From: Schizochytrium sp. TIO01
Lineage: Eukaryota > Protista > Bigyra: Labyrinthulomycetes
NCBI GenBank assembly: GCA_004764695.1
Contig: SMSO01000014.1
Span: 1,855,648-1,919,647, forward strand
Direction: 5' to 3'
DNA length: 64,000 bases
The notes beneath the pieces are model-generated. The model was given only the letters and a program-made list of their open reading frames with translations. It was not told the DNA's origin and made no database searches. The position numbers and the translations under genes were made by a program. Position 1 is the stretch's first letter. Each line of letters starts with the position of its first letter. Positions 24,601-35,530 of the stretch are shown here, piece after piece.

Positions 24601-27003
24601 CAGCAACTCGATGCGGATGCTATCAATCAACCAGAGATTGTTTCTTTTGATAGTGAGGTTCCCTGTACACTGATTTATTATGCTGCAATTGCTAATAAGG
24701 TAGAATTAGTGAAGCATTTGCTAGGCTCCAATAGTGTTGCGGTCAACTCAGTTTGTTTACATTCGTGTGTTTCATGCGGATCTGTAGATGTACTGGAAGT
24801 ACTCCTTCCGCGTCTGAGATACGACCCTCTAGCAAGGTCAAGCACTGCACGCAGGTTACTATTCGGGGTTGAACTGCACACTGCTCTTAATCTTAATGAC
24901 CCGGAAGTAAGGAAAAATTACTCCGTAGATCTCCCGAGGGCAGATAACTTTCAGTACTTTGAGTCCCTATTGGTTCACATTGAATTGGAGCTCAGTGTAG
25001 CTGCCAAGGCTGGTAGCAAGTTGATCTGGAAGAGCGAATTGGAAAAGGACACCAGGGCAATACTGGCACCACCCTTGAAAGCCTTGGAGGTAGTTTTGCA
25101 GTACTGTAACCCTACAGCATCCTCATATCGAACCTTTCTACTTCTCTATCTTCATAAGGTCATTGAATTGGACGACCAGAGCGAAGAAACGCGGATTTTT
25201 CGTAGGTTTGTAGCCCGATCTCGATTCCCTCTACATATTGGACTTATGTGTGCTCATGTTCTTCGCAGTGTCTTTGGGTTGGAGAAGAGATTTTGGGATT
25301 CCTACCAAGCCCATGCAGATAGCTTTCAGGATCTTGTTTGCGAAATTCTAGACTGTTGCGAAGATCAAGACGAAGCCGAGGAGCTTCTAAGAGAGCGTGC
25401 TGATATTCCAGCTTGGCGGCGTGACAATGGGGAATTCAGCAGTCGCTCAATGGCGCATCGCCACAAAACAACATGTGCCTACCTGGCTGTCAAGTACCGT
25501 TTGAAACGAGTTGTTGCTCACAAGTTTTTTACGACACAAAACGATTCAATCTGGTTCAATGATGCCCACGATAGCCTTTACACACGTGGGCTTGGGAGCC
25601 TCGCCAAATTATCTGCAAGCGTGTTTCCATTGTTTAAGCAAGGAAACCATAACGAGACGCCAATAGGAAATTATATTCTTGCAAGAAGTTCACAACGCTT
25701 CGAGGTTGATCGAAAAACAAATCTTGAGGGGTTTGTTTCGTATATTTTACGTGTTCCCGGGTTTAAAACGGCCGTACAAGGCACCTATCGTGTGTGTGTT
25801 AGCATCGGGCTTTTGGTGTTCTTGGTACTTCTTACACCTGTATTATGGTTCTTGCCGTTTTCACCGTCTCTTCGAATTATCGTAGACATACCTCGTACAG
25901 AATTTGCTTGCTGCTATTTTAAATGGTCTGTATGGAGTATGTCTTATGTTACGTATTTGTTTGCATTCGCTTATCTTGCTATAGCGAATTCGAACGGCAA
26001 AGCTTCGACCATGTGGAACGCTGAATTGGTGCTTTTCATATTCTTTCTCGGCAACTTTGTTGGTATTATCGAGCAAATTGCAGAGATTGGGTTTGGCCCT
26101 TTCATGCAACACAGTGTAAATCTCGTTGATCTTATTTCTTGCTTAATGATCACTGCCGCTTTTTGCGTCGACAAATCTTCAAGCGCGTATGACATTCTTA
26201 TGTCGATTGGAGCTATTCTCTCGACTTTTCGATTGTTTCACCTCTTTAGTGCCAGTAAAGAACTAGGTCCATTATGGATTACTATGCAATATGTGGTGTG
26301 GGATGTAATCAGATTCCTAGCGTTCCTTGCTGTGGTTCTAATTGCTTTCATTTTGGCCTTTGTGTTCCTTCTTGGAGGAGCAGGAGTTCCTGGGTTTGAA
26401 ACAGCGGGGGAGACGTTTTCTTCTCTCATTTGGTCTGTGTTTGAAGCTTTTACTACATATGACCCAACTCAACCGTATCGTACTCAATTGTACCAAGTAT
26501 TTCTGTTTGGATTTTTGCTGATTGCTGCGGTCCTTCTTACAAATTTACTAATTGCAATGATGACACGTCGGTTTGAACAAGTTGCACAGACAGCACGAGT
26601 GCAATGGCTCTATGCACTTGCGCAACTCATTGAAAAGTATAGTTTGATGCCAATTGCCCCAAGTCCTTTTAATCTTCTGACGTGTGTCCCAAATCTGATT
26701 TTTCTGCTTCGCAATAGGAAACAATCTTTATATGATCCATCACACACAGGTAAAAAGCCAGATAAGAAAACTGCTGTTGTGCCTATGCCTAGTGAAGATC
26801 TTTGGACTGATGTTCTTAAACGAGAGATTGAGCAAGTCTTAAGCTTTCGATGTACGCGACGGGCTGTCGTGACAAGGTATATTCGCCAAGAAAAATTGCG
26901 TGTAGCAAGAAACCGTGCTACTGAACATTCGCTTGAGTATCTTACGAATGCCGTGAATCAGATACTCTGGTGGCAGCAAGATCCCGACTACGGGACGATC
27001 TGA
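21667..27003 (+). CDS. TRP-family (TRPM/TRPC-like) cation channel with two N-terminal Nudix-like domains and ankyrin repeats
   Basis: Uninterrupted ORF; first ATG 21667 (the ORF track start at 21619 is GTG). C-terminal 6-TM block with S4-S5 FRLFHLFSASKELGPLWITMQYVVWDVIRFL, S6 VLLTNLLIAMMTRRFEQV and TRP helix QWLYALAQLIEKYSLMPIAPSPFNLL. Pre-S1 TCAYLAVKYRLKRVVAHKFF..Q..SIW is TRPM/TRPC-like. Ankyrin-like DTQGRSAVRVAALHKAYNAVDALI and TLIYYAAIANKVELVKHLL. Confidence 0.9.
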   Translation: MRKFPLPPGSSPLPPGSSNTSSTKVSTANIIVEFQDKGLVQPRSIRVCKAGDECDVEQISTIVKQRCSTSRVVLETSQLEHNYELRTNGELFEYINDQVEHEHKRFDEEEHQPVTIVLKARSLSGPHTGRKTGSQNGGGNKLSSFTRKPLSSSATSPARISAVSTASETIGNEIEDEFQDEDEHEDLSTLGKLKQLFPHDRSNLTLSYLEDQLSAYRISWGSWNVESSNKTIEDLFEEIRNNSCDLYTDDLGVIRIVRLVRVKIVEPDSKHILVNIMKMMDQKKHHSKVHSLPAYKCKRGESPYHAALRNVQQELGHGLWGPVNSIESMYTSSKSAMAESITSTISRDPHARRANVVLQSTILDHIEPTGFERPTHEFRDSRSFPGLRTAYYIHTLALYMKSTRVPRRGSFTVIDQQRPGVIRLWQWMPPDHVNRTILGNQTTTEVSTKQEKATSPTGPGSPQQASMHQLFDDPKNSPPAEPALPFQDSLRGKHLLEYRAARYRQRLAAMDGPLASSIFSRISEFWYKENVQPTLSERHQQEAERNLAYHYTLPVPSELTDISLGNWLQCYGVNVSLWGKGQAKKVQQLVDEVINGESSLHLTEVTELAQRPSAASPVFTQGKDLPVRAAVQNKALRKQHAVMSYHQPRLNLAKKPLRVIHVAKVELVHEKNPNLVLVETHQRLEDSRLRVRFKSLAEKFKPNETARDATFRGIYEELIAPSIYLVDQDGNKLIIQRPSHEESKRSIRVLSIHAPKVEILQSPSYPGLETRYHLHVFRCVMSFLPDEPFCTEEPRPHNDGAIVHFWRWETRQIINAMTNSLINQVRFYFHLVPPAKRDFNVLKNWFFEAAETDQVDVIKLLCAPQNANGNQIEDQDDFTRRFVSVDHNPPHEEEEEQDQWEKEGYASQPRRNSSLAKKRLGILDPSSPDVRDTQGRSAVRVAALHKAYNAVDALIRICLENAQIKAEETPKTPRNEKLQQLDADAINQPEIVSFDSEVPCTLIYYAAIANKVELVKHLLGSNSVAVNSVCLHSCVSCGSVDVLEVLLPRLRYDPLARSSTARRLLFGVELHTALNLNDPEVRKNYSVDLPRADNFQYFESLLVHIELELSVAAKAGSKLIWKSELEKDTRAILAPPLKALEVVLQYCNPTASSYRTFLLLYLHKVIELDDQSEETRIFRRFVARSRFPLHIGLMCAHVLRSVFGLEKRFWDSYQAHADSFQDLVCEILDCCEDQDEAEELLRERADIPAWRRDNGEFSSRSMAHRHKTTCAYLAVKYRLKRVVAHKFFTTQNDSIWFNDAHDSLYTRGLGSLAKLSASVFPLFKQGNHNETPIGNYILARSSQRFEVDRKTNLEGFVSYILRVPGFKTAVQGTYRVCVSIGLLVFLVLLTPVLWFLPFSPSLRIIVDIPRTEFACCYFKWSVWSMSYVTYLFAFAYLAIANSNGKASTMWNAELVLFIFFLGNFVGIIEQIAEIGFGPFMQHSVNLVDLISCLMITAAFCVDKSSSAYDILMSIGAILSTFRLFHLFSASKELGPLWITMQYVVWDVIRFLAFLAVVLIAFILAFVFLLGGAGVPGFETAGETFSSLIWSVFEAFTTYDPTQPYRTQLYQVFLFGFLLIAAVLLTNLLIAMMTRRFEQVAQTARVQWLYALAQLIEKYSLMPIAPSPFNLLTCVPNLIFLLRNRKQSLYDPSHTGKKPDKKTAVVPMPSEDLWTDVLKREIEQVLSFRCTRRAVVTRYIRQEKLRVARNRATEHSLEYLTNAVNQILWWQQDPDYGTI

Positions 27004-27963
27004 TTTTGAATTTGGCTTTTCTTTCTTTCGTCTTGAAGCCAGTCGGGAACATTGAATGAAGAAACTAATAGATAGAGTATTGCCATAAATCCAATATGTC
27101 CTACTCATATTAAAAAATAAATAGTCTAATTCAAAGTGTATTGAAATAAGAGACTGCCGTTGCAATTCTTGGCTTTTCTTTCTTGAGTTTGTTTCATTGG
27201 TAATATTCTTCCATGGACCCAAAAGCTAGTTCCATAATCAGGGGTTTAAATGTTTTGCTTTATTCGTTAGATTTTATGAATTGCTGCAAATGCTAAGCAA
27301 TGGGGAAAAGGTTAGACGAAGGATTAAGGAGTGAAGAAACTAGAAGCTTGGGAATTCTATGCGCATAATCTTTGACATGAGCGGATCTTGATTCTCTCAC
27401 TAGCCCTACTATTCCTATTGTATCGCAAATGCACAGGCAATCTTTTGTAGCAACGATTGAACGTGAGGAAGGACGAGTCCCAAGGAAATGATGCCACGCA
27501 TGGTAGAGATCTTTATTTTACTTGCCCTTCTGTCGCGTCCTTTTTAGAAGTTCTGGAACAGTGGTTATTGGAAAAGAGAAAATCTAAGTGCACAAGAAAG
27601 ATCGAGATCATTGGACAATGAATAGATGACGTGAGGAGCAAAAGCAAGACGAAACATATCAATTTCACTCTAGTTGGTAGGGAACAAATTCTTAAATTGG
27701 TGAGCTCGGGTTGAATGCAGAAAAAGGAAGAGAAGAGACAACGTCGAGGAGTTTCAAAAGTGGGACATATTGGACGTAGGGCATAGAAGTTTGTCTATGT
27801 CCTCATATGTTCTTATTTCTACCAAGACATGACAAACATGGTAACTTCTGGCCCTCAGATCACACTACATAACCCGCTATAGTTTGTATGGTTTCCAGTA
27901 TCGCATTTATGTGCCTTACGGGATTGCAAAACTTCAGAAGATACATCTATCTGAAATGCTGAT

Positions 27964-29200
27964 TTAGCCACTGAGGTGATACACCGGTGTACCATGAACT
28001 AAGGTCTTCAATCCAGCGGCACTTTGCAGGCGCGCCTTGATTTCAGTGTTGCCAATGGTACCAAACGACCAGGGCGGGGCTTGGCGAACGCAACGAAGGG
28101 CAACACTGCGGAAGTAATCCTTTCTCATAAACGCAAGGCGGCTCGAAATTGGTGCATTTGGCTCGTTGTAGATATTGTAACCCAAGAGGTGGATTGGACT
28201 CGTCACGAGTTGGACAGCAAGTGGCAGGAAGACTTGCGCATAGTAGTAGCCCTTATCTGTGTAGTCATTAAGCATGTTGCCCACGATGGGAGGAAGAGTA
28301 AAGAAGCAACTCATAGACACAGCATCGCGAGTGAGCCAAGCAGCATAGGCGGTCATAGGAACTCCAGTTGTAACCGAAGCGCCGAAGAGCTGTGCAAAGG
28401 CGCGATCTTTCATCATTGAGGCAACAGTGTTGATACCGGTAGTCGTGACAAGTTTTGGCATTGCAGGTTCAGACTGTTATGATGACGTTCCAATAAGATC
28501 CATTTTTGAGCCATGCATGCATATGTGGTACGCGCATAGATCATATGTAATTGAAGGTTGTGAGTGTATGCATTTCTGAGATCAGTGAGTTGACCGCAAC
28601 TCGATTTTATTATGACTTACCTTGCGAAGGCCGCAAATCGTATCCACTACATTGGCGGCACAATATGTGCCACCGTACACAGCCCACACATAAAAGAATT
28701 GGGGTCCTTTCAAGTAAGTAATTGGGCGTGTGGCGTACTCACGCAGGGCGCCAAAGAAGCTCGGCCAGAGGCTACGTTTACCGGAGGCGTTCTCTGCCAA
28801 CGCACGATCTACTGCGCTGATAATTGGAGTAACTGCAGCTCCTGCTATCGCGCTGTAGTCATTCAGAGATAAAGGGTAAAAAATGAATATTATCACAGTA
28901 TTGAATCACAACAGTCCATACGTTCAAGAAGACGTGATAAGACATTCGCCATTAGAAACCCATTTCCCCAAAGTTAACATGACATTCCATAGCCGTTTCG
29001 TTGGGTGTCACGCACAGTATTTATGGCAATCCGAGAAGACCCATCAAAATATACATGATTATTCAGAATACGAGCAACAATATTGTCGTTAGTAAGCCTA
29101 TCTTTAACCACTCCAAAATTCACTCCATAGACAAAAGTTTGCTGGTTGCATCCTCCCCTATGCTGCTGGGCTGCTGCTTTATGAGCAACACAGATCTCAT
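27964..29200 (-). CDS. Spliced putative mitochondrial membrane protein, sideroflexin/Fsf1-like
   Basis: Exon 27964-28473 (SEPAMPKLV..KDRAFAQLFG..RDAVSMSCFFTLPP..QLVTSPIHLLG) and exon 28621-28852 (AIAGAAVTPIISAVDRA..YGGTYCAANVVD) join in frame across a GTAAGT...ACAG intron at 28620-28474. A tentative first exon 29124-29200 (ATG, phase-2 GTGAAT donor) fits the frame but is uncertain. Motifs match the fungal/protist sideroflexin-related family from memory. Confidence 0.65.
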
Positions 29201-29341
29201 CGTCTAGGACATCAGATTTATTAATATATGTGAGTATCTATCTTGTACCTCACTGCTAATGGAAGCTGAGTCTCTTTGGACGGGGTCCACGCGCGTCGAC
29301 CGCAATTTTTGACTAGATTAGTGTCCGTGACCAAAGCTAGT

Positions 29342-29612
29342 CTAGCATATCTCCCTTACCCCCACGCATGGAAAGGCCCCATCCGGGAGGCCCAAGAATG
29401 ATATCTCGGTAAACATTCCATGCTTACCAGCTGGTAAGTAGTAGCAAGTGACGACGCAGTCGTCCACGACGAGATTGACAACCAGCAGGAGAGGCGATAA
29501 GAAGATGATCCCCGAGTAAAGACCAGCAAACCTTAGGCAAAGAGCCAACCTACCCAGCAGTAGCATCGCAGGCGAACCTGGTGAAGACCTCCTTGAATCC
29601 GACTTGGTCCAT
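29342..29612 (-). pseudogene. Frameshifted 5' fragment of a membrane protein, possibly Aa_trans/AAAP amino-acid transporter
   Basis: ATG in good context (caccATGG, 29612) giving MDQVGFKEVFTRFAC, then a frameshift into MLLLGRLALCLRFAGLYSGIIFLSPLLLVVNL..C. This resembles G.LaLP..f..aGl..Gii of Aa_trans TM1-2. C-ending codons enriched; ends in a stop after ~90 codons. Confidence 0.3.
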
Positions 29613-31075
29613 GGTGCTGCGCGTAGTCTGTGTCGAGTCTGTGCTGCTCGATCGGTTATTGAATGACCATCATCACCAAGTGAAGTGAATCATTCCACTA
29701 AGAAAAGAAAAACTATTAAAAATAACCTTAGTATGGCTTTCTTTTACTGTATGTATCTTCAAGGTGCCATATTGTTAAACAATCAAAAGAGTGTACCTCA
29801 AACTTATATCTCCATAACAGCCACTGCAAAAGCTCAGTGGAGCAAAGACCACATATCATTCGATCTCCTCCTACGTAGCACAGAATTATCCACCTTTTTA
29901 TATCAACACGGAAAACACCAACATTAGCTAACGATTAGGCACTACTACTGCAACAAAAAAATGGTTTCTAACGTTCCCTCCCAGTTTAAAAATAAAACAT
30001 ACCCCTACCGTTAACAGTAAATACCCAATAAGAGCCGAGGGGATTCAGGCATAGGAGTTAGATATGAGATCATAGTGGAGGCCAACTTACAGAAAGCAAG
30101 CAAGCAAGTGAAAGAGGCGAAGTCCTATCGCAGCCTATAGAATCAGATAGCAAAGCATTAGCACTTTCTCGAGAACAACTCTTTTTAAGCATGATAACTT
30201 TTATTTTAAAAAAAATGCGAAATAAAAGAATTACAAAAAACTTTGCAAAAAAAAAGGGAAAAAAAGCAGTTTTTAAAGGTTCTACTAAAAGCGGTAACAG
30301 TATATATACGCAGGTATAGCAAGATCTTTTAATCGAAAACTTGAGAGAGACCCTGATTGGTGTTACAAGACGTGGGGTGATACGTTTAGTAACAAGAAAG
30401 GGGAACAGCGATTTTAATACATCAAGTATAACTCAGATTTTGTGCATGGTTTGGATGATAATGATGATGATAACGATGATGATGATTGCAAATCAAAGAT
30501 ACAGGTTGGAGAGGGATTTCGTGGAGGCCCAAAGCATCTATAGCTGCGTCTCCAAAGGCAGCCAGTAAGATCTTTGTTTGGGGGAAGAAGGATTCGATTA
30601 TTATTTTTAATTTTTTACATTGGCGATAGGGGCTCGCTTTAGAGTTTCGCAAACTCCCATCCCATGAGAACGAGAAATTGAATGAAAATCGGTGCCCACG
30701 TTTCGATGCCGGCTGCCAAACTCTGTCATTCATGAATAAAGCTGTGATCGTTACTTGCTCCAATGGCGTGAGGAAACTGAAGATGGTCTATGATCTTACC
30801 CTCCAGCGAATGTGGAAGAAACTAGGACAACCTCAGTTCTCTGTCGTGCTCATTAAAGAATAGCACGAGAGCAGAGGATCTCTTAAAAAGACAGTTTGGG
30901 TGGTGGTACCAGGTCAAAGAAAGAAACAGCGCAAGGAGCTGAGTGGCTTGAACCCTTTCGAAAGAATCGGGGCAGGCTGGAGGCAATGCAGATTCCCTCT
31001 CAATTGCACGAATTTATGATCAAACACGCTGGCGGGATGCTATTTGCAGCTGCATCGCACAACGTGAAGCGATGA

Positions 31076-33310
31076 CTACAGAAGATTATTGCTAAGTAAA
31101 ATGAGGTACCTATGGCCGCAATGATCCGCATGAATTTGCAGCAAATCTTTCTCTTCTGAAAATGTATCGATATGGAAATAGGCCGAGTGCGATCTTGTTT
31201 TGCTGCAATCCATAGCGACAGATGGAGAAGCGAAAGCTGAGCTGGTCAGAATTAATTTAGGGCCTTGGGCAAAATGAAAATCAAGCTCGCCACGCCACCG
31301 GCTCCTCCTCATTTGTAGCAGTACCTAGGTACCTACTTGCAGAAAATATTGCAGAAAACAACGAGCCAGTGATCAGCTCTTTCGCCACCTCAACTACGTT
31401 TGCCTTGCGATCCCTCAATTGGGGGTTGTCCAGAGGCTATTTGGTGAGACGGTGCAAACCATCTTCCGCTTGTTTTAGTCAAAGTCAAAGCGTCAAAGGC
31501 ATGCCTCGATCAAATCTACAGCATTCGGCACGTTTGTGGCACCGCAGAGCCTTCCCTATTAAAATGAAAACCAAGGCCATAACATAATCTCAGTCCTAAG
31601 GAGCAAGCATACCTGGCAGAAGCCGTGTTAGATAGGGTCCAAGTTTTCAGATTGAAAGAGTGAATCTCGACAACCAGCTTCATTTTGGAGATAATTTACT
31701 TTGCTGATCTATGATTATAATAAGCGATGAACCCGTGAGAATGATGACTCCGCGAGAATGATGACGACATCTGGCCGTCGAAGTTTGCTTCGGCCGTGAA
31801 TGAAAAGGCGATCTTCGAAGCCGAGTTCCTCATATTGGATCTGGAGACGGTGGTGGTGGTAAGAATAGCACTCGAAATTCATTCCTCTTGCCGGTGCACT
31901 TTTGGCCTCCAGACTGCAGGTCTACTTTGCTGCAGCAGCTGGAGCGCAACAATTTTGCACATGTTCACCTTCTTCACCTAAGCTATCTCCGATCGCCTTA
32001 GGATCTTGCGGTGTCTGCAGCAGCGGTTTCGCTGTGTCATATCCACCAATCAGTGACCTGCCGATAAAGAGCGTGGAGCGCCAAGATGGTTTCTGTAAAG
32101 TTCTAGTCCATGCGGTGCTTTTTGCCGATGCGAGTCTTCGATTTGACGGTGCTTAATGCCCTAACAAGCAAGGCTCCAAGCTTTGATGATCCCTGCTTTC
32201 GTGCATGCGCACGTATGTATTTGCATAAGCCCACGGGTAGCATCTGTTACTACTACTCTGCTTGCCGCGGCAGTGTCGAGCGGTCGAGATGTCGCTCCTT
32301 TCCATCACTTTCTTCTACATCTTCTCCAACAAAACACAAAGCTCACTCACACGTCACGGATTGAACAGATGCAAACAAATTGTGCCGGAGCTGTCGCTGC
32401 CACCAGCTTGGGGCTGTTCGTGAGCCGCTTCAATGCGAGTTACTTTCTCATGTGTAATTCATTGATTCCTTTCGCCCCCAGCGATTTCGATCCGCAGGTC
32501 GGCTCCGGCGCAGCGCAGTGTGAGTGTCTGTCACAAGCTCAAGTAGCTAGCTGAAAACCATCTTGTGGCAGCAGGAGAGAAAGTCGCAGCCGTTTCCGTT
32601 TCCGTCATCGAGCTCGCTTCCGACACCATACTTCGGTGCCTTCACGCCAGAAATCATGGAGACTTTGGCGTGGACTTGCTTGCATTCCTTAGGCGATTCG
32701 ATTGCTTGCATATCGGTGAACACCGCCGCCACATGGGCTGAGTGAGCTATTTATATCGTAGAGCTCTGGTCCCCGCCCTCGCGAAACTCGAAGTTGTGCT
32801 GCTGCAGCTTGCCATGGAAGCTGCTGGCCAGTGCACAAACCATCGATGGGCATCGATGAGCTTTCTTTAAACGTCGAACACAGCAGTGGCTAGAGTAGTA
32901 TCAGGTCCCACGGCTTGGATGATGACGATGGCGGTGACGCAAGTGGACTTTGCGACCTGTCAAAATTGCGATTCACAGATTCACACTCCCAAATTCATTA
33001 CACCTGGAGCGCAGGAACCTATTTCTCCACGATTTGGGGAGATGAACTCTGAGTCTCCATCGATAAAAGGAATTTATTAATTTATTAATTAGTTCTGCCA
33101 ACAACCACAAAACAAACAGTGAGTGGGTGGGTAGAAAGTGGAAAAGGGAGCTAGCGCATTAGATGGCGCCGGTTCTGAGGTTTTCGACCATTTTTGGCTT
33201 GCCATGTTGCTCACGCCAGGCCTGTCCAAAGTTGGGATTTGCAGCGGTCCAGTTTCCCAAGAAGAAGAGTTGAACGTGGGTTTGCATGCAGCCAGGACCT
33301 TAGGCGCCAT
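31076..33310 (-). mobile_element. Decayed Ty1/copia LTR-retrotransposon relic (gag, zinc knuckle, protease, integrase N-terminus)
   Basis: Collinear on the minus strand: UBN2-like KLQQHNFEFREGGD..AAVFTDMQAIESP..KVSMISGVKAPKY (~32625-32822); zinc-knuckle remnant GKERHLDR..HCR (~32267-32320); protease-like WWI/DTA (~32030-32048); integrase start IC..DCSK..H..YF.....LLQIHADHCGHRYLILL (~31094-31225). Many stops and frameshifts; no LTRs recognised. Confidence 0.55.
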
Positions 33311-33649
33311 TCAGTCTTGCCACCTTCCCTCTATTAAAAAAAATGAAAAAAAAGAAGTTAGAAAATATTAACTTTAAAAAATTGAAAAAAAATGTTGAAT
33401 ATCATACAGAAGAATGATCTTTAGTCTCGTCGAAAAGTATAACTCTAGGTCAACAAAAGAACCAAAAGAAGGTCGACTATTTAATTTGACACAAGACAGG
33501 TACTTACGTTGGCTTTTATAACTATCAAATCAGTTTTGCGGCCAAGCAAGATTAATTAATTGATCGCTGCCTTTGGTGAAGGTCGTGAACGCTGCATCCT
33601 GCCGCTTGGGGTTCTCCATGGTACCGGACTACGCGCAATAACTCTGTCC

Positions 33650-33675
33650 TTTTTTTTTTTTTTTTTTTTTTTTTT
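33650..33675. repeat. Poly(T)26 tract
   Basis: 26 consecutive T. Confidence 0.95.
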
Positions 33676-34419
33676 ACCTTTTGTAACTTTTAAGTTATGA
33701 CGCACAAGGGGGGAAGAAAAGGGAGGAATCGTCCTATCATATCACGCTTCGACGTTTGACCTTCTCACAGCACTTCTTCGAGCACCATCAAGACTTGAGC
33801 ATGATCATTCATCCTATAGGTTATCATCATCGCTACACATCACCAAAACCATCTGCAAAAGATATACTCTAGCTGCATGGACCTAGCTTGTCACAAGGGC
33901 AGGTATTTAAGAGAACCTGCGAGTATAGATGCTAGGTTGCATTCAACATCAACGCCAAACCAGGACGATAAATGGTACATACAATTTCATCCATAACTTG
34001 GTGAGAAGTGGGGGAGGTCAGGCCCGTGAAGTTGGTCGTGTGATCAGAGCTGCCAAAGTCTCGGACGTTTGTCTGCAGTAGCCACAACCTTTTGCAGGAC
34101 AGTGCCTATAGCGTAGTTTTCAGGGTGTCTTGAGCTCGTAGCACCAATTGCGCCTTCAAGTCGATGGCAGCATACATTTTAATCAATAACTTAGAATTAC
34201 CTTGTCATTGCTGGTCAACGCTTCTTTGATTGAGGTCTCAAGAGCTTATGTAAAGGGCATTATAGTTTTCTTAGGCTTGCAGTTTGGTCGTAACCTAGGT
34301 TGGGCACGAGCGTTAGACTGCTGAATCAGTATCCAGTTGATGACTTGTAAGGCGGCGATACTGAGAATGTAGGAACCGATTAGACCCTCTGCACTGTGCA
34401 AGAATTTGCTCGGATATCC

Positions 34420-34930
34420 GGTTGTGTGTGTAATTGAAGGTACGAAAACAAGCCCAAGTATACTTTCCTGTCAAAGTGCGAGTCAAGCTTAACAAGCAAC
34501 GATTAGCCCTATCAGTACAACCGCACACACTGTCCGAAACTGCGGAAGAGTTACTACCTGAACGCCGCCCGATAGCAAGGTGGCGAGCAGCCTTGTGATA
34601 TTTTCGGCACTGTAAAAATAGAATATATGGTTTCTACATCAGGATGAGCTTTTATAGTTTGCACGTCACTGTAAATTGGAGCCCACTGCCTTCTTCACTG
34701 GGAAGGATTTTTCTCTCTGTATTCTCGGCAGCAAGTAAAAAGCGAAAAGTCATTCATAGGAGATTATCTCAGTTGGGAAAATCATACCTGTGTCAAACGG
34801 AGAGAGCAACGATAAAGAATAATAACATGCCTTCTGTTTTGCAGAAACCTTGGCATCAACAGTACACCCGCTCCCATGGTGATTACCGAAGAAAGAAAGA
34901 AGTTGCCTCGATTCTGATATCTGAAAATCA
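34420..34930 (+). mobile_element. Second decayed copia relic (protease C-terminus to GAG-pre-integrase)
   Basis: Plus strand, in order: CPKLRKSY (34531; cf. yvPelrkNLlS), FYSL (cf. gLY.L), IHRRLSQLG (34752; cf. wHrRLgHl), FCFAETLASTVHPLP (34832; cf. fC..C.laK.hr.pF), LDSDI* (34907; cf. vHsDi.gp). Confidence 0.4.
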
Positions 34931-35530
34931 TACAATAGAATATCACAATCAAAGTATCATCTTAAATTCAATAAATCATAGCCTGCGGGAGCCAGCCTCT
35001 TGTGAAATCCGGTTCTACAGCAATCGGCATGAACAAGGACAGAAATGCAAAATGAGCAAAAATGACTAATATTATAGAGATGCCAACAAGGACGGACACC
35101 TTGATAGCATTGCGACTAAAAAACATTGGCAAAATCTAGATTTGCTGCACGCAGAGTAGAAAGTAGGCATTTTTTAGAGAATATCTATCTCTTTCGCACA
35201 GCTTCCACGCTCCAGATAGGTAAGGGAAGAGAGAAATACAAATTGCACGCAAAATAGCGTTCTCCGTGTTTTGGTAGGAATAGCACCATAACCTTCGAGT
35301 ACAATCCTGAGGAAGAACATATCATCTTTAGTTTCAAGAAATCCTCGAAGTACCAAGGTTGACAAAGATGCCACGCGAAGGATGATTTTTACGAGGTCGT
35401 ACGTACAGACTCGCACAACATGGAAATCCATACTCTATATCTGAGCTAATATCTCCCTATCGGGTGAAGGTTCTATCCACCTTAAATAATCCCAATCCCA
35501 AAGATTGGAGGGAGTGACCCTTTGGGGAGT

